Assembly (NCBI GenBank): GCA_964188305.1
Contig: OZ076888.1
Strand: one strand, 5' to 3'
Length of the DNA stretch: 64,000 nt
Source of the DNA: Podarcis bocagei
Lineage: Eukaryota
The notes under the pieces: generated by a model
What the model was told of the DNA's origin: nothing
Seen by the model: the letters and a program-made list of their open reading frames with translations, nothing else
The model's database searches: none
Position numbers and translations under genes: made by a program
In this document: positions 25,676 through 39,345 of the stretch, one piece after another
Layout of the letters: the number at the start of each line of letters is the position of its first letter
How positions within the stretch are numbered: the first letter of the stretch is position 1

Positions 25676-26187
25676 TTTTCATGTCATGGCAGCTTTGCTA
25701 AGCCAAGTGGCACAGAAGTAACCCCAAAGGATTCACCAAGGTGTCATGTTGGACCACAGCATTTTTAACACGTTTTCAGGGAAGAACTGCTTAAATAACA
25801 CTGTTTGGAAGAGACAAATTGGCATCCTGACCAGAAGTAGAATCACCATTGAAAACAGGACCCTTTCACTCCCATGGTAACAAGAGCAATTCCATGTAAT
25901 GCCTTTTTCACTATGGACCTGAACACCACAAATCACTTGGATTATATTCACGTTATAGCAAAGAGAGTAATTGAAGATGAAAATTGCCCTGAGGTCACAA
26001 ATGTTGGATCAAACAGCTGGCGAGGTGGAGGCAGAACAAGACAGAGGTGAAATGAAACAAAACATAGGGAGGAAGAGATTATCAAGCTGAAAAGCTACTC
26101 AGGGTGAGCTTGGGTGACTTCAAAAGAATCTGGCTGTATCTCCTGACAACCTCTGGCCTACTGCTGCTACTTCTTGATCTTTATTTA

Positions 26188-26854
26188 CCGTATTTTTCAC
26201 TCTATAGCACACATCTTGTTTTAGGACCATAGGACGCATCTTGTTTTAGAGGTGGAGAACAAGGAACCGACCCCTCTCACTCTCCAGATAGCCTCGGGTT
26301 CCTTTCGCTGAAGCTTGGAAAGCAAGACTCTCCTGGCTTCAGTGAAAGCAGCCTGAAGGCGAAAGGAACCCAAGGCTATCTGGAGAGCGAGAGGGGCCGG
26401 TGCGCACCGACCCCTCTCACTCTCCAGATAGCTGCCTGGGAAAAAAATTATCCCCCTATCTGCCCAGCGCCCCTTCAGCGAAGCGGCAGGAGAAACGGAG
26501 CCCCTTCCATTTCTCCTCCCGCTTAGCAGAAGGAGCGCTGCGCCTTAGCTGAAGGGGCACCTATCCTTCAGCGAAAGGAACCCGAAGCCTCTGGAGCACA
26601 GCGGGAACTCCCGCTGTGCTCCGGAGGCTTCAGACGGCTATCTTTGAAGCACACAGACCCCTCTCGCTCGCCAGGCTTCAGTAAAAGCAACGCGAAGCCT
26701 CCAGAGTGCGGTGGGAGCGCTCCCACTGCACTTTGGGGGCTTCGCATTGCTATCGCTGAAGCCAAGGAGCCTGCATTCACTCCATAAGATGCACACACAT
26801 TTCCCCTTAATTTTTTGGGGGGGAAATGTGCGTCTTATAGAGCGAAAAATACGG
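26188..26854. mobile_element. Non-autonomous Tc1/mariner-superfamily (Tc2/pogo-like) element with internal palindromes
   Basis: TIR ccgtatttttcactctata...tatagagcgaaaaatacgg; TA on the left flank (CA on the right). Confidence 0.85.
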
Positions 26855-26865
26855 CATCTCTTAAC

Positions 26866-27085
26866 ACATTTTTACCCCACCTTTCCTCCAAGGATCTCAA
26901 CAAGGCATACATGTTTCTCTCCCGGCCCAGTGCAATTTTATCCTCACCAAAGCCCTGTGAGGTCGGTTAGGCTGCAGGAACGCAACTGGCCCAAGGTCAC
27001 CCAGTGAGCTTCATAGGTGGGTGGGGATTTAGACCCTCGTCTCCCAGTCTCCAGTCCAACACTCTAATTTCCAAAACACGGGCTC
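26866..27085 (-). mobile_element. tRNA/CORE SINE (Squam3/MIR-like)
   Basis: ccctgtgaggtcggttaggctg...ggcccaaggtcacccag...ggatttagaccc...agtccaacactcta; similar to 6498-6752. Confidence 0.7.
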
Positions 27086-27138
27086 TCGTAAGAGTTTTTC
27101 TCACTGGTCTGGTCAATCTCCCTGCTCTTTCTCCAGCA

Positions 27139-27274
27139 CAGGCCTAGGCAAACTCAACCCTCCTGATGTTTTGGGACTACGACTCCCATGATCCCTAGCT
27201 AACAGGACTAGTGGTCAGGGATGATGGGAATTGTAGTCCCAAAGCATCTGGAGGGCCAAATTTGCCTATGCCTA
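27139..27274. mobile_element. Palindromic hAT MITE
   Basis: TIR caggcctaggcaaact / aatttgcctatgccta; perfect 8-bp TSD CTCCAGCA; second copy at 51287-51422. Confidence 0.9.
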
Positions 27275-27858
27275 CTCCAGCAGATAGCAGTGCACGAGCT
27301 GAATCTCCACCTGACAACCTCACATAGGTTCAAGACCGACTTAAGTATGGATTTCTCCTCCTTAACCATAATGCTGCCCTTATAGAATTCAGGAGGGACC
27401 AAGATGTGGACAAAACTAAAATTTGTTGGCTCCTCCCATCATTGGCTTTGACTCTGCTTGTCATTGGTTCTGGCTACACCTTCTGTTGACCTACTAGTTC
27501 CTAACTAAATCCAAAATATAAAGTAAAAAACAGCAACCACCACAATAGCCAAAAAAATCCCATTGGCTAGAAGGACCAATGCTGTGACCTAGTATAAGGT
27601 CCTGTGTTAAAAGTTTAAACTTTATACAAGCTGTTTGTCCAGAGCCAACAAAATGCGGGCAATGTATACACCACTTTAATCTCTCTCTTTTTAAAAGCAC
27701 TGTTGTCTGCCTCAAGACTTGGCCTACTGCATTTCCATTGATTTCATTAACATCTCGCTCAACTTCATTGCTGTTAACTCCAGATGAGATTGACCGACCA
27801 ATATTTATGGCCTCTGTTGAATTCTTTTCACCCAATGTTGTTGACAGGTGTTTCTCTC

Positions 27859-27862
<4 letters not shown>

Positions 27863-27903
<41 letters not shown>
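27863..27903. repeat. (CA)n microsatellite
   Basis: Direct reading. Confidence 0.95.
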
Positions 27904-27905
<2 letters not shown>

Positions 27906-28821
27906 CTCTGGGAAGAATTGATTTGTAATCATTTGAAACAAAGAAACAAACAAATAGATTCACCATGACAGACTGAGTTAATGATAGGCAAGGGATTCAT
28001 TTATCAATCATCAAGCCACTAATCTAAATCTAATGTATCTCAACAGTTGTAATTACATATCATTGAGAAAGCAGTAATTCTAGCCATTGTTGTTTCCTTT
28101 TTTCCTACTATACAATGGAAAGGATGTCTGTGTGTTTAGGTAAGTGAGAAATGGTAGGCATTCATTTTGCCTATGTGAGAAATGGTAGGCATATCAAATT
28201 AAATGATATTAACATGAATGCCTGCAGAACACGAAGAGGACCAAATGGGAAAGTACAAAGATATATTGTAGGCTGTACCAATGGAACAACGAATGGGGAA
28301 CAATATGCAATTAAGTCAATTCAAGAACTGCAAAAACCATGGCAAGGTGAAAATCAACAAGTGTTCTAACTATCAAAGATGCAAGGTGTGAAACCTTTCT
28401 CCCCTGGTGAGTCCCAAGCATCCTCAAAACCCTTGTGTTTCGAGGAGAGATACCTGGTGAGCCCATCACACAAGGTAGGAACTCTTTTTATCATAGGAAA
28501 ACCCTCTGCATAAGGTTTCTGTGTAGTCATATTATTTGGCCCACCAATTTTTGAGGAGCTAACCTCAAAAATTCAGAATAGCCTGCCCTCATGTGTTCCA
28601 ACCCTGTAAGGTAGTACTGTCCACCTGACCTTTTGCTGAACAAATCTGTTCCCTTTGGTTTCCCTCCTGCTGCCACTCTTCCTTGGAATTCCTTTTGTGT
28701 CTCTTTGAAGTTCCCGCTGTTCCCCATATTGAGAGACTGGGCCTGGCAGTGGCGGTGGACTTTGGCGGACCTTGGTGCCTCTGCCCACATTCCTTCTGAC
28801 ATTCCAGCCCAGCCACACTTA

Positions 28822-29157
28822 GGCCGCATGTGCAATAAACATTTTAAGCAATGCTGTAAAACAGTCATGGCTTCCCCAAAATAATTCTGGGGACTGTCAT
28901 TTTTTAATAGTGCTTAGCGTTCTTAGGAGACCCCCTCTTTCCTCTTACAGAGGTACAGTTCCCAGAGTTCCCTGTGGGGAGAGAGACTGGTTAAACTGGT
29001 TAAACCACTCAGAGAATTGTAGCTCTGTGAGGGGAACAGGGGCCTCCTCACTATTCTCAGTTCCATTAACATACTACAGTTCTCAGGATTATTTGGGAGA
29101 AGCTATTACTATTTAAAGTGGTATGATACTGATTTAAATTATAGTGCAGGTGGTGCC
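28822..29157. mobile_element. Palindromic PIF/Harbinger-like MITE
   Basis: Flanked by TTA on both sides; inverted arms gtcatggcttcccc...gggagaagctattac; relatives at about 49480-49665 and 53310-53970. Confidence 0.6.
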
Positions 29158-30345
29158 TTACTCTCCCCTTATGCTGTCCTCCACTCTTACCTTCACACAC
29201 GAGTTTTCTCACCTTTGTCTCCTCTTTCATTCTCAGTTATGAGAGGCTGTTGGTTCTACTTTTGCTTGCCATGTTTCCCTCCATTCCTTGCTACCATCCC
29301 TCTGTCTTGGTGTACACAGCCATGCCTGTGTTTCTTTTATTGTCCCACAGTTCAGGCATATCCATGTCTCCAGTGTTCTCCTTCAATTTCCTTACGGTCG
29401 GACCCCTCTCTCCTTCTGAGAAGATTGCTAGTAGCATCAGAAGATGTGGGCCCAGCTCCCACCACACCCACTCCTCACTCCAGTGTTCACAAAAGAAGCA
29501 TCTGTAAAATCAGGTGCTGGTTTGGCATATCCATATCCATTGCCAGCTGAATCTTTGTTCTTTGTGCCTCAGACTTTCATTATTTTTAGAAAGAGCTTAT
29601 TCTGGTCTCATGGCTAGCAATCCATCTTTCCCCCACCCCACCCAAATGCTTCACCTAATGGTTTGTTGGTTTATTTTTATTTTTACCTGCCAGGTCTTTT
29701 CATTTTTGATGTTATTTCCTCTAGGTGTTACAACCCAACACTTCTTGAAAAATTGAATCATCACATGCCTCACAAAATTTGCACATGAAATTCTGCAAGT
29801 TTCATTCTTCATAACTACATTATAAAGCAGTGTGAAAAGCTAGAGTACTATGCAGGGAACATTCCTTAGCAGACATTGAGTTTTTACCATTTAGCAACTC
29901 TCTTGCCTTTCTTCTCCCCTTTGGATCATTTTGTTAAAAGCCTACTTTTTATATTTAGTAGGTGTAAGAAAGATAATATCTCCACTTTCTGAATCCAATA
30001 TGTCCCCAAAGAATGTGTATCTTATTGCTGCTCACTTTTCGATTCCACAAACGATGACTATTTATATTGCTCGAAGCAGGCTCTATAACTGAATTACGTT
30101 TTACAAGCTCTCTTGATAAGCGCAGACCATGCAGATCAGATAAGCAAAATACATTATCTACAGGCTTGTTGAAACAAACTATTTAGAAAAGTATTTCCGT
30201 TTTATACGTCAGCTATACATTGCCACAGTTACCAGAAAAAATTCCAACCGCATCTATGACAATGGGCTAAGATATGTTGCACAACCTCCAACATTCCTCT
30301 GATGAAAATGGAAATTGAGGTGTGTGTCTTTTGGTGCCATGTTCT

Positions 30346-30346
<1 letters not shown>

Positions 30347-30422
<76 letters not shown>

Positions 30423-30756
30423 TTATTTCTACCCCACCCATCTGGCTGGGTTTCCCCAGCCAGTCTGGGCGGCTTCCAACAAAAGATTAAAAATACATTA
30501 AAACATCAGTCATTAAAAACTTCCCTAAATGGGGCTGCCTTCACATGTCTTCTAAATGTCATATACTTGTTGATCTCTTTGACATCTGATGGGAGGGCGT
30601 TCCACAGGGCGGGTGCCACTATCGAGAAGGCCCTCTGCTTGGTTCCATGTAACCTCACTTCTCACAGTGATGGAACCACCAGAAGGCCCTCGGAGCTGGA
30701 CCTCAGTGTCCAGGCAGAACGATGGGGGTGGAGACGCTCCTTCAGGTATACTGGGT
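30347..30756 (-). mobile_element. L2 3' fragment with long (AAT)n tail
   Basis: Encodes the RAFSIVAPALWNALPSDVKEI motif on the minus strand; 3' stem-loop; (AAT) about 25 units. Confidence 0.9.
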
Positions 30757-31827
30757 CTGGAGGATGCAAGGAGGATGAGCCAGCATTTGAAGCCAGGGCT
30801 GGCGCTTTTATGTCTGTTTACTCAGGAGCAAGGGCCACTCTGGCCAGAGCAAAACAAATAGTTTTGATCAGCCAGTCTCTTTGACCCTGCCTTATTGACT
30901 GTTAATGCATGCCTCTTTAAAACAACTGGCTGGCACAAACCACATTTCCATGCGATTGTACTCATGACATTTGTTTGTTTACATAAGATTCCAAATTCTC
31001 GGAGCACCTCAGTCTTAGAAGCAGAATAAATTGTGCTGTTTTGCTTTACTGGTGCAATTTGAATCTTCTTGCTGTCGAATTTAAATGTAGAGCACACTCG
31101 AACAAACATACCTGCAACAACAAGGATGAAAAGCAGTGTGTGTTTTCTTCTTCTTATGGTTTGTAGGTGTGTGTACATGTGCATATATGCATGGATTGTC
31201 CCTTCATCAGGGATCTCTATGAGCCTAACACTCATCAGTTTCTCCCCACCCCCATTACACGAGTTCTTCCATCACTGGCATGCAAGAAGCTCTGTGAAGT
31301 GTTGATACGATACACCCTATTAATTTAATTTGATAAATTCCTCATGCATTAGCAACCTTCAGACTGAATTAGCAAAAATGAACAATAATACCCAGCAAAA
31401 CAAGTCTACAACTGGAATTCCTTAATGTAAAAAGACTTTTGCACTCAGTAAACATGAATGTGTGATGATGAAAGAGCTCTCATACAAGCAACCTTTCACT
31501 TCTTGTTAGCACAGCGCCATTGTTTGTGTCTTTCAGAACCCATCTCAGGGGTGCCAACCTGAATAAACTATTGGGGGTGAGGGGCTTAGGTAAGCCCTGT
31601 CCCACTTAATTGATCACATGATGTAGTGCACCCACACCCTTTGAATGGCAATGCCCATCAACTTTTTTTGGGGGGCAGACCAATCAAATATGTTATTGGG
31701 GGACCAAAGCCCCTGAATCCCATAGGAGTTGGCGCCTATGATATATCCTGAGTCACATGGCGTATCAAGCTAAGCCACACAGTGTATCAAGCATTGAACA
31801 ATGCTTCCCAGTTTTACATAAGCCGCC

Positions 31828-32529
31828 TGTCAGGGATGTGGCTGAATCAAATGCCGGGGAAGAGTCAAACTCTCAAGACGAAGGAATGCCAGTACAGTGG
31901 TACCTCGGGTTACAGACGTTTCAGGTTACAGACTCTGCTAACCCAGAAATAGTACCTCGGGTTAAGAACTTCAGGATGAGAACATAAATCGCCCAGCAGC
32001 AGCAGGAGTCACCATTACCTAAGTGGTTCTTCAGGTTAAGTACAGTTTCAGGTTAAGAACGGACCTCCAAAACAAATTAAGTTCTTAACCAGAGGTACCA
32101 CTGTACAGAGAGAGCCAGAGTCTGACTCTGGAGATGAAAGAATGCAGACAAAACACCAAGAGTTCTCAGACTCGGACAGCTTGCAGGCAAGGGGAGGGGA
32201 AGAGATAGACGGCATTGAGTGGGTTGTTATGCAACCAGGAGAGAAACAGCTTCTTGAGGGCTCTTCTTTTGAGAGCGGGGGGGGGGGATTTCCACCCACC
32301 TTCTCCCCAAACCAGAAGAGCTGAAAGGGTTAAAATGCAATGGAAGGACTGGACTTTGGTGCCCTTCGTGCCATGACGGGGGTGGACACTCAGAGTGAGC
32401 AACTCATAGCTAAGGGGCAGCAGTCTTGGAGTCGCTCTCTGTAATTAATTGTAGAATAAACGTACCATAAAACTGCCAGAGACTCGTTAATTCTTATCGG
32501 AGCTTGCTTGCCTGCCTGAGATCATTACA
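31828..32529 (+). mobile_element. Solo LTR (Gypsy-like) with a nested MITE
   Basis: TGTCAGG...ATTACA ends; perfect 5-bp TSD CCGCC (31823-31827 and 32530-32534); AATAAA near 32455. Confidence 0.88.
31895..32103. mobile_element. Tigger/pogo-like Tc1-mariner MITE
   Basis: TIR cagtggtacctc...gaggtaccactg; TA TSD; copies at 52383, 55117 and 57125. Confidence 0.92.
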
Positions 32530-34373
32530 CCGCCAATGGCTTCTCATTCTCTGATTCATGTGTCCATTTTCACATTTTAGATAAGGATTAAGTTGTTTTG
32601 ATGAGGCTTATTGTGATTCTCTTAGTAGAAGCACAGGAAGTTGCCTTAAAGAAAGTCATATATCATTAGTCCACCCAGTTCAGTTTTTTCTACACTAACT
32701 AGCAACGGCTCGGAGTCTCTCCCACGAGAACCACATGGAGGTGCCAGGGAACCTTCTGTACTGAAAGCAGATGCTCTACAAACCTTCATCAAATATATTT
32801 TTAGGAGTCTGCTTGGATTATTTTATTGTAGTGGATAACAAGTTCTATCAAAGGTGGTCATCTAGCATAGGAATTGTCAGAACTTCTGTCCTTCATGGTT
32901 GTGCAGATATTCATACCCTCGGCACATTGCCTGGAACCATGTGATGTCACTATGTTTGCAAAAGGTTAAAGACAGAAAACTAGAAATAGTTAATCACGAG
33001 ATTTCAGTCAGCATTAGAGCAAATGATAGTTTTTGTTTCTCTACCTATCCATTGTCTCTTTATTCATTTAAAACTATAGTTTTATGCAAACTATGTATTT
33101 AATACATAATCTGAGCACATTTTGCATGTTGAAAGTCCAGCGTTGAGTCTTCAGCATCTTAAGTTGTATGTGTATATGTGTGGGGGGGGTGTGTGTATAA
33201 TGTATATGTGTGTATACATATATTAGGTGGCAAGACTGAAAAAGTCTTTAAATGTCTGGATACTTTGCTTCCACTCCTTTCTTCTGTTTATTTTTTGCCC
33301 TGCTCCTTTTCTGCCTTTCCAAAATCCTCACCTGTACTAGACCCTGAAAGGTGTACAAAGCTAGCAGCCCACCCTATCTATAATTGTCCGCATTGCTTTA
33401 GATGTGGAAATGGGAAGTAGCATGCTTTGTTCTGGAACTATACTGGGGAAGTTCATACCTTTTTAAAATCAAATAAAAGATAGCACTTAAGACAAACATA
33501 AGTGCACACCTCTCCCCTTCTCTGTTTTATGCTATGTGTGAGCTGAACATATCTTCATTCAAGTCTGTTCCATAGCATTTCCTTAGTAATCTCTACTTTT
33601 TTTGTTAAGAAGCCTAATAAAAAAATACCATTTTTAAAACATATTTTCTCACAAAACAAGCATTTCTAAACACATTTTGATACTTGTCCTAGGTGAAAAC
33701 TGCATTGCAAAATTCAGAGAAGTGCAAAATATGAATTATAATGACTCATTCACATGTAAATTCCCATCTGCACATTTGTCCAGGAGGTCAATTTATTTTG
33801 GAGTTCAGAAAAATAAATTTCCTCTAGAATCCCTAATAGCATTGTTAGTAAAATGTGATCCACAGACATCTGCTTTGTTTGCACAACTGGCTAAGCCTAC
33901 AGAATAGAAGAAAATTAAACTGGTAACTTTTCCTTCCAAGAGGTTATTATACACTCTCACCATATTTCTACCAACAGCAATTGCGATTCTAGAGTTAATA
34001 TAATTTATTCTCTCAGCAGTGCTGTTCCACCAAGCTATTATTCCCTTTTTTCTTTTCTCGCCCCTCTTGGCTTAAACCTACATGAGAATCCTCTCTTGCA
34101 ATTAGAAATTTCTTTATCGCAAACTATCACAGCCTCTTCCCACCCAGTCATATTGAATATTGATGCCTTCTGATATCAACATTTCTCTATGAAATATTCA
34201 CATCCTGGTAGGAATAAGCTCTGCATTGGAGATTAGTCTTCATGCAGCCCTAGGTGATTAAGCCAAGATAACGGGCAGGGCTGTTAGTCGGAGGAGCAGA
34301 CTTTTACAGACAACAGAAATTACACACTTCCATCTCGGGGGCTATCTTGCCCATTCAAAGGGAATGCTGAATG

Positions 34374-34386
34374 GTTGCATGGCAAC
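34374..34386. promoter_or_regulatory. RFX X-box-like palindrome in unique sequence
   Basis: GTTGCATGGCAAC; motif match only. Confidence 0.3.
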
Positions 34387-35156
34387 TGCCTCAAGAATGC
34401 ATGCATGGATCCCTCACTATATGGAACTGCAATCACTGAAGGCCATTCATCAACTTCACTGGGGAACATGCTCATACATATCAGTTAAGCTCAGCAACTG
34501 CTGCCTTGTGCAAAGTGCTGGCAGATGATCTGTTAGTTCACAGCATCCACCAGAACCTAATGAAACACTAAAATTCTCAGCATGGCCTGAAGAGTGTACA
34601 GATCCTCGTTCATCTCCCCCTGCCCTTGTAAAATCCCACAGGATGCATTTTGAAATTGTAAGTACGTAGCATTGAGAGTCTTAACGCATTATAGCCGAGC
34701 TCCCCTTGCCCCCCGCTAGTAAGCACAGGGAGAGAACAAAATATGACTCTGGTCTCATTTCTCGCTTTCGAATGGCGACATTTTAAAAACAAGAACACTT
34801 TCTTCGTGTTTTTTTAAGGCATCTCATGTTTCAGATTTCAGTGCTTCCTCTTCAAAAGGCTCATCCAGATGGCAGCTTTCCACTCTTTGATTTGATTCAG
34901 TGGCACTCACTCAGGGACCCACGAAGTGACCTCGAACAAGTTGGTACATTGATCCCATGAGAAGCTAGCCATGTCCATGGAACATTTTTCCAATGCAATT
35001 TCCCTTTGTCAACTTCTTTAGCAAATGGAATTCAAACAGAGAATTCCACTCCCCTAGGTGGAATGGCATTCTCAGTCCCTCAAATTAGGGCCGCCCCAAA
35101 AGTTACCGGTATATGTTTTGATGGCATGTGATTGCATACAGTTCCCTTAGGCCTTA

Positions 35157-35550
35157 TTATTGGCTCCCAGTATGTTTCCGAGCACAATTCAAAGTGTTGG
35201 TGCTGACCTTTAAAGCCCTAAATGGCCTTGGTCCTGTATACCTGAAGGAGCATCTCCACCCACATTGTTCAGCCCGGACACTGAGATCTAACACCGAGGG
35301 CCTTCTGGCGGTTCCCTCATTGCGAGAAGTGAGGTTACAGGGAACCAGGCTGGCCTTCTCAGTAGTGGCGCCTGCCCTTCCTTCAGATGTGAAGGAAATA
35401 AGCAGCTATCTTCTCTTTAAAAGACATCTGAAGGCAGCCCTGTTTAGGGAAGTTTTTAATATTTAATGCTGTATTGTTTTTAACACTCGATTGGAAGCCA
35501 CCCAGAATGGCTGGGGTAACTCAGCCAGATGGGCAGGGTATAAATAATAA

Positions 35551-35598
<48 letters not shown>
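35157..35598 (+). mobile_element. L2 3' fragment with (TTA)n tail
   Basis: WLPVCFRAQFKVLVLTFKALNGLGPVYLKE...FKRHLKAALF, followed by the stem-loop and tail. Confidence 0.92.
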
Positions 35599-35600
<2 letters not shown>

Positions 35601-36532
35601 AAGTTGAGCTAATACACTCATGCATAAAGTGTGTAGTACAGTCCTTCTGGGACTAAACCACCTGAATAGGAAGGGGGTAGATTGCAAAGGCACAGCTAAA
35701 TATTTTCCTATTCCCGCTTCTTTGTGCTTCCCTATGTTGCATTTTGGTACTATGCCTGCAGGTATGACATTGATTCCCCACCTCCAATTATCATCATCCT
35801 CAAATCAAAAGCTCTTTGCCATGGAAAGTTACATGGAGAAGTGTTCTAGTTTAGTTCTTACCCTGGCACTCCTTTTCTGGGGGGCGTTTCCATTTTCAGG
35901 AAGTTATTTTTATATGGGGGATCCAGTTCTATAAAGTTGTTAGAGTGCTGGACTAGAAGCAGGAAGCTCTGTGTTCAAATTCCCACTTCACCATAAAGCT
36001 CACTTGGAGACCATGGGCCAATCGCACCCATCAACCAACCCTCTGCATAGGGTCGTTGTAGGGAGCAGGAGAACAATGTAGACTACCCTGAACTTTGTGA
36101 AGGACAGGATAAAAATGAATGCAATAGTAACTTCCATTCTAAAGTGGTGCAGTCTAGTTCTAAGAGAGAGACATCATCTACTTCTCTGGAAATGTAGACT
36201 AGCTGTTTGACTTGATTCAAGGAACTGAGATCAGTTCCACCAAGCTATGCAATTCTTTGCTGCTGCTTTTATCATAAAGCCAATACGAAACAAATTGTTG
36301 TGAGCAGCTGTGTTTGCTCAAAGTCCTTCATAAGAACACCAGCAACAAATGACACAGATGAAGCTCAGGTGCAAGATCAATGAATTGCTGTAGCTGAAGG
36401 AGGAAAGTAGTGGATTGTGAAGAATCAGGAGTCCTTTTAGAGCTGCCAGCCATTGCAAGCGTAGGTGTGGGAATTTGAATTGCTTTTACCAAGCATTGTA
36501 CCATATTACTTAGATATTACAAGTCCTCCACA

Positions 36533-36775
36533 GATTTCCTATTCATTTCTGGAGTCTGTTCAAGGTACTGGCACTCCAAGGTCTTAACCTGGACTTGGAT
36601 CCATTCAGGTATTTCAGAGTTTGCCTTCTATTTGTTAAGATCTTCCCTTTTGGGTCCCTTCCTTTTCAGTGGTGAGGTTGCTAATCCCAAACGTTTAGGA
36701 CCTTTTCAGTAGCACTTGTCTGTGGAATACCTTTGGAGTTCTGTAAGGTGGGATCCCAACCCACCATTAAAAAAG
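36533..36775 (+). mobile_element. Old degenerate L2 3' fragment
   Basis: ttcaaggtactggcactccaaggtcttaa... and ggaccttttcagtagcacttgtctgtggaata resemble the FKVL and RAFSV..LWN motifs. Confidence 0.5.
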
Positions 36776-37949
36776 AAGAAGAATTTTAAAAGCATATCAA
36801 TGTAAAAATAATAAAAAAGAAATAGAAAAAGTGAATGGGACAAAAATAAAGCTTATAATTAAAAAAAACACCTTAGTAACAATACGAATGTGAAAGAAAA
36901 AGAAGAAGAAGAGAACAATGAAGAAGCAAAACATTAAACTGAAAAAAGTGCTTACCCACTTACATAAAAACGAACAAAAGAACAAAAAGGGAAGCAAAAA
37001 CAGGACTTCTGGCTTGAATCAGGTGCATAGCAGCTTTCTCTTTTTAACGATAAAAATTTTAACTTATTCATAACAGAAAAGAAAAGAAGGGGGGAAAGGA
37101 AAAAAGTGAGCACAATGCTGTTAACAATATTTAAAAATAAAAATCATGAAAAAGATGAAAAAATCATGGAGAGATATGGTTTCAGTTTGTTGCTAACATT
37201 AATAGTTTGTTTGGTTTTATTATTTGACCATGGACTTCCTGCTTGGATATGGAAAAAGAAGAAAGGAGAAGAAAACTCTTAAAAAGTTGGGAAAGGAAAA
37301 ACAATAGGTACTATGAAGTTACAGCTTTAGTAACCCTATCTATATTTAAGTATGTTCTGTATTTACTAATCATATTCAGAATACACACACACACAAATAT
37401 GATATTGATCTATTAAGTGAATGAATACTCTATTTCCCGGATTACATAGAAACCTAGTGAAACAATATATTCTACAAAAAAGAAAAACCCCAAAAACCCA
37501 AATCCTTCTTTTCCCCCTTTACTTTTTTACTCATCCTTCAGTAATTTAACCTTGCCCTTGTGCTGTTTTGCATATCTTTGTAGTGAGGCTCATTTTGTAA
37601 TGCTGTGCTTTTAAAAAACCAAAATGCGTTTACATTATTTATTTTTCTGTTAAATTTAAAATTATAATTCAGGTTTACTGCGGTGTGTGTGACTGAGAGC
37701 TTTCCTTGTAGGCCTCCTGGGCAGAAAATTGGAGTGAAGAGATTTGGGGACACCATTTTTTCAAAAGTCCTACTCCTGGCATGTGTTATAAGCCCTTCTC
37801 TCAGCCCTATGGCATTGATGCAACAAGGTTCTGCAAGTCTTGTCCCTTATACTATTTAACATCTACATAAACTAGTAAGATAGTTCACTTGCCAATTTGG
37901 AGTGAGGGGTCTTCGGTACTCTGATGACGCCCAACTCCTGCCCTCTTCC

Positions 37950-38490
37950 TTGCCTGTAAGAGAGACTTGCTACTTGAGCATAAAAAAGACTGCCAAGTAT
38001 GACCTCATACTGATGCAGTCTCCCTGAAAGAGGGAAATGCTACCTGCCTGTAAGAGAGGCTGGACATTGTGACCTCAGGCTGATGTCACCTGCCCATAAG
38101 AGAAACTGCTATTGTGACCTCATGGTGATGCTGCCTCCTTGAAGAGAGGCTGGACATTGTGATGATGCTGGTGCTACCTGTCTGTGAGAGACTGGCTACT
38201 GTGTCCTCAAGCCCTGTGGGCACTCAATGTTGTTTTTAGGGGGCTGAGCCCCGATTGTTCAGGGTGAACGTGGAGCCAGGCACAGAGTGACATCAAGACA
38301 TCATTGTGTCAGGTCCCCTCAATGTTTTTTTAGAAAATGGCACCTTTGCCTCAAGCTGATACTTCTTGGTGATAGTACTTGTCTATAGGAGAAGACTGGT
38401 GGTTGTGACGTCATGCTGCTACTATTTGTCTGAAGGAGAGTTCATGACCTTGTGACCTTGTGCCAATGCTGCCTGCCTGAAGGAGAGATG
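37950..38490. repeat. Degenerate minisatellite of about 45 bp, interrupted by an insertion
   Basis: Unit is approximately cctgcctgtaagagaggctggacattgtgacctcaggctgatgtca. Insertion 38213-38348 is flanked by CCTCAAGC duplicates. Confidence 0.7.
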
Positions 38491-38776
38491 AACTAGCCAA
38501 CAAGTGAGGGATGATTTTTTCCCACAGGTCTGGAAAGGTGTCCCTTGTTAACAGTCCTGGGTTGCCCCTTTAGAACTAACCAATTCATGCCACAGTTCTG
38601 CATGCGTCAAGGGAACAATCCCCATGGAAAAATCATGAAGATTCATCATGACTTTGTTCCATATTGTTGTACCAGGGTAGCACTGGAAAACACTGTTCAG
38701 TCCACGGAGAAAGGTGGGCTCTGCAATTTGTTGGTGGTTTGGGGCAGCTTCTCTGTAAAAAGTATGCACAACTATG

Positions 38777-38890
38777 GGTTATATTCAACTAAGTTTTGCT
38801 CAGAGGAGGCACATTTAAATTAATGAACATGATTACATTAGGGCCATTAATTTCAGTGGGTGTACTCTGAGTAAAACTTAGTTGAATACT
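38777..38890. mobile_element. Short palindromic MITE (gggttgtattcaac family)
   Basis: Inverted arms tattcaactaagttttgctcagag / ctctgagtaaaacttagttgaata; relatives at about 20225, 58415, 61470 and 63360. Confidence 0.65.
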
Positions 38891-39218
38891 GCTACGTTTG
38901 TTTGTTGTGAGCACTTGTCCAGGATTCCCAGTGAAATTTTATAGGAATTTATTTTCTGTTATTAATTTGGTGGTTCCCCCAGTCACCCAAAGCAGGTTTT
39001 TTGTTTTTGTTTTTACATTGGCAACTGCTATTGTTCTTTTTGGCATTGGTGACCATGCACGTGTATGTATATGGTAACTGAAAGCAGGAATATCTATTTT
39101 ATTTTCTAGCTCTATTCTAGAACAATTATTGCCAGCAACAGGCAATGCAACAGGCAGAACATCTTGGGCTTGTTCACCTCCTCATGTGCCAGCAAATCTC
39201 TTAGGACTGATAAAAGGA

Positions 39219-39345
39219 AGTATTCTTCACACAGCGCATAGTCAGCTATGGAACTCACTCCCACAGGAGCCAGTGATGGCTGCCATCTTGGATAGCTTTA
39301 AAAGAGGACTGGACAACTACATGGGGGAGAGGGCTATCAGTGGCA
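39219..39345 (+). mobile_element. CR1-like LINE 3' fragment
   Basis: LWNSLPQEPVMAAILDSFKRGLDNYM is typical of the CR1 ORF2 C-terminus. Confidence 0.7.

Noticed and set aside
26002-26148. Possible fourth acidic-type LTR (tgttgg...cctgaca)
   Set aside because: Too short, no TSD or poly(A) signal, and it lacks the shared peptide motifs.
27494-27901. 135-aa minus-strand ORF
   Set aside because: It starts within a (TG)n microsatellite and has no recognisable motif or splice support.
30229-30441. Poly-Y, poly-N, poly-I and poly-L ORFs here and at 15657 and 35463
   Set aside because: They are translations of (AAT)n L2 tails.
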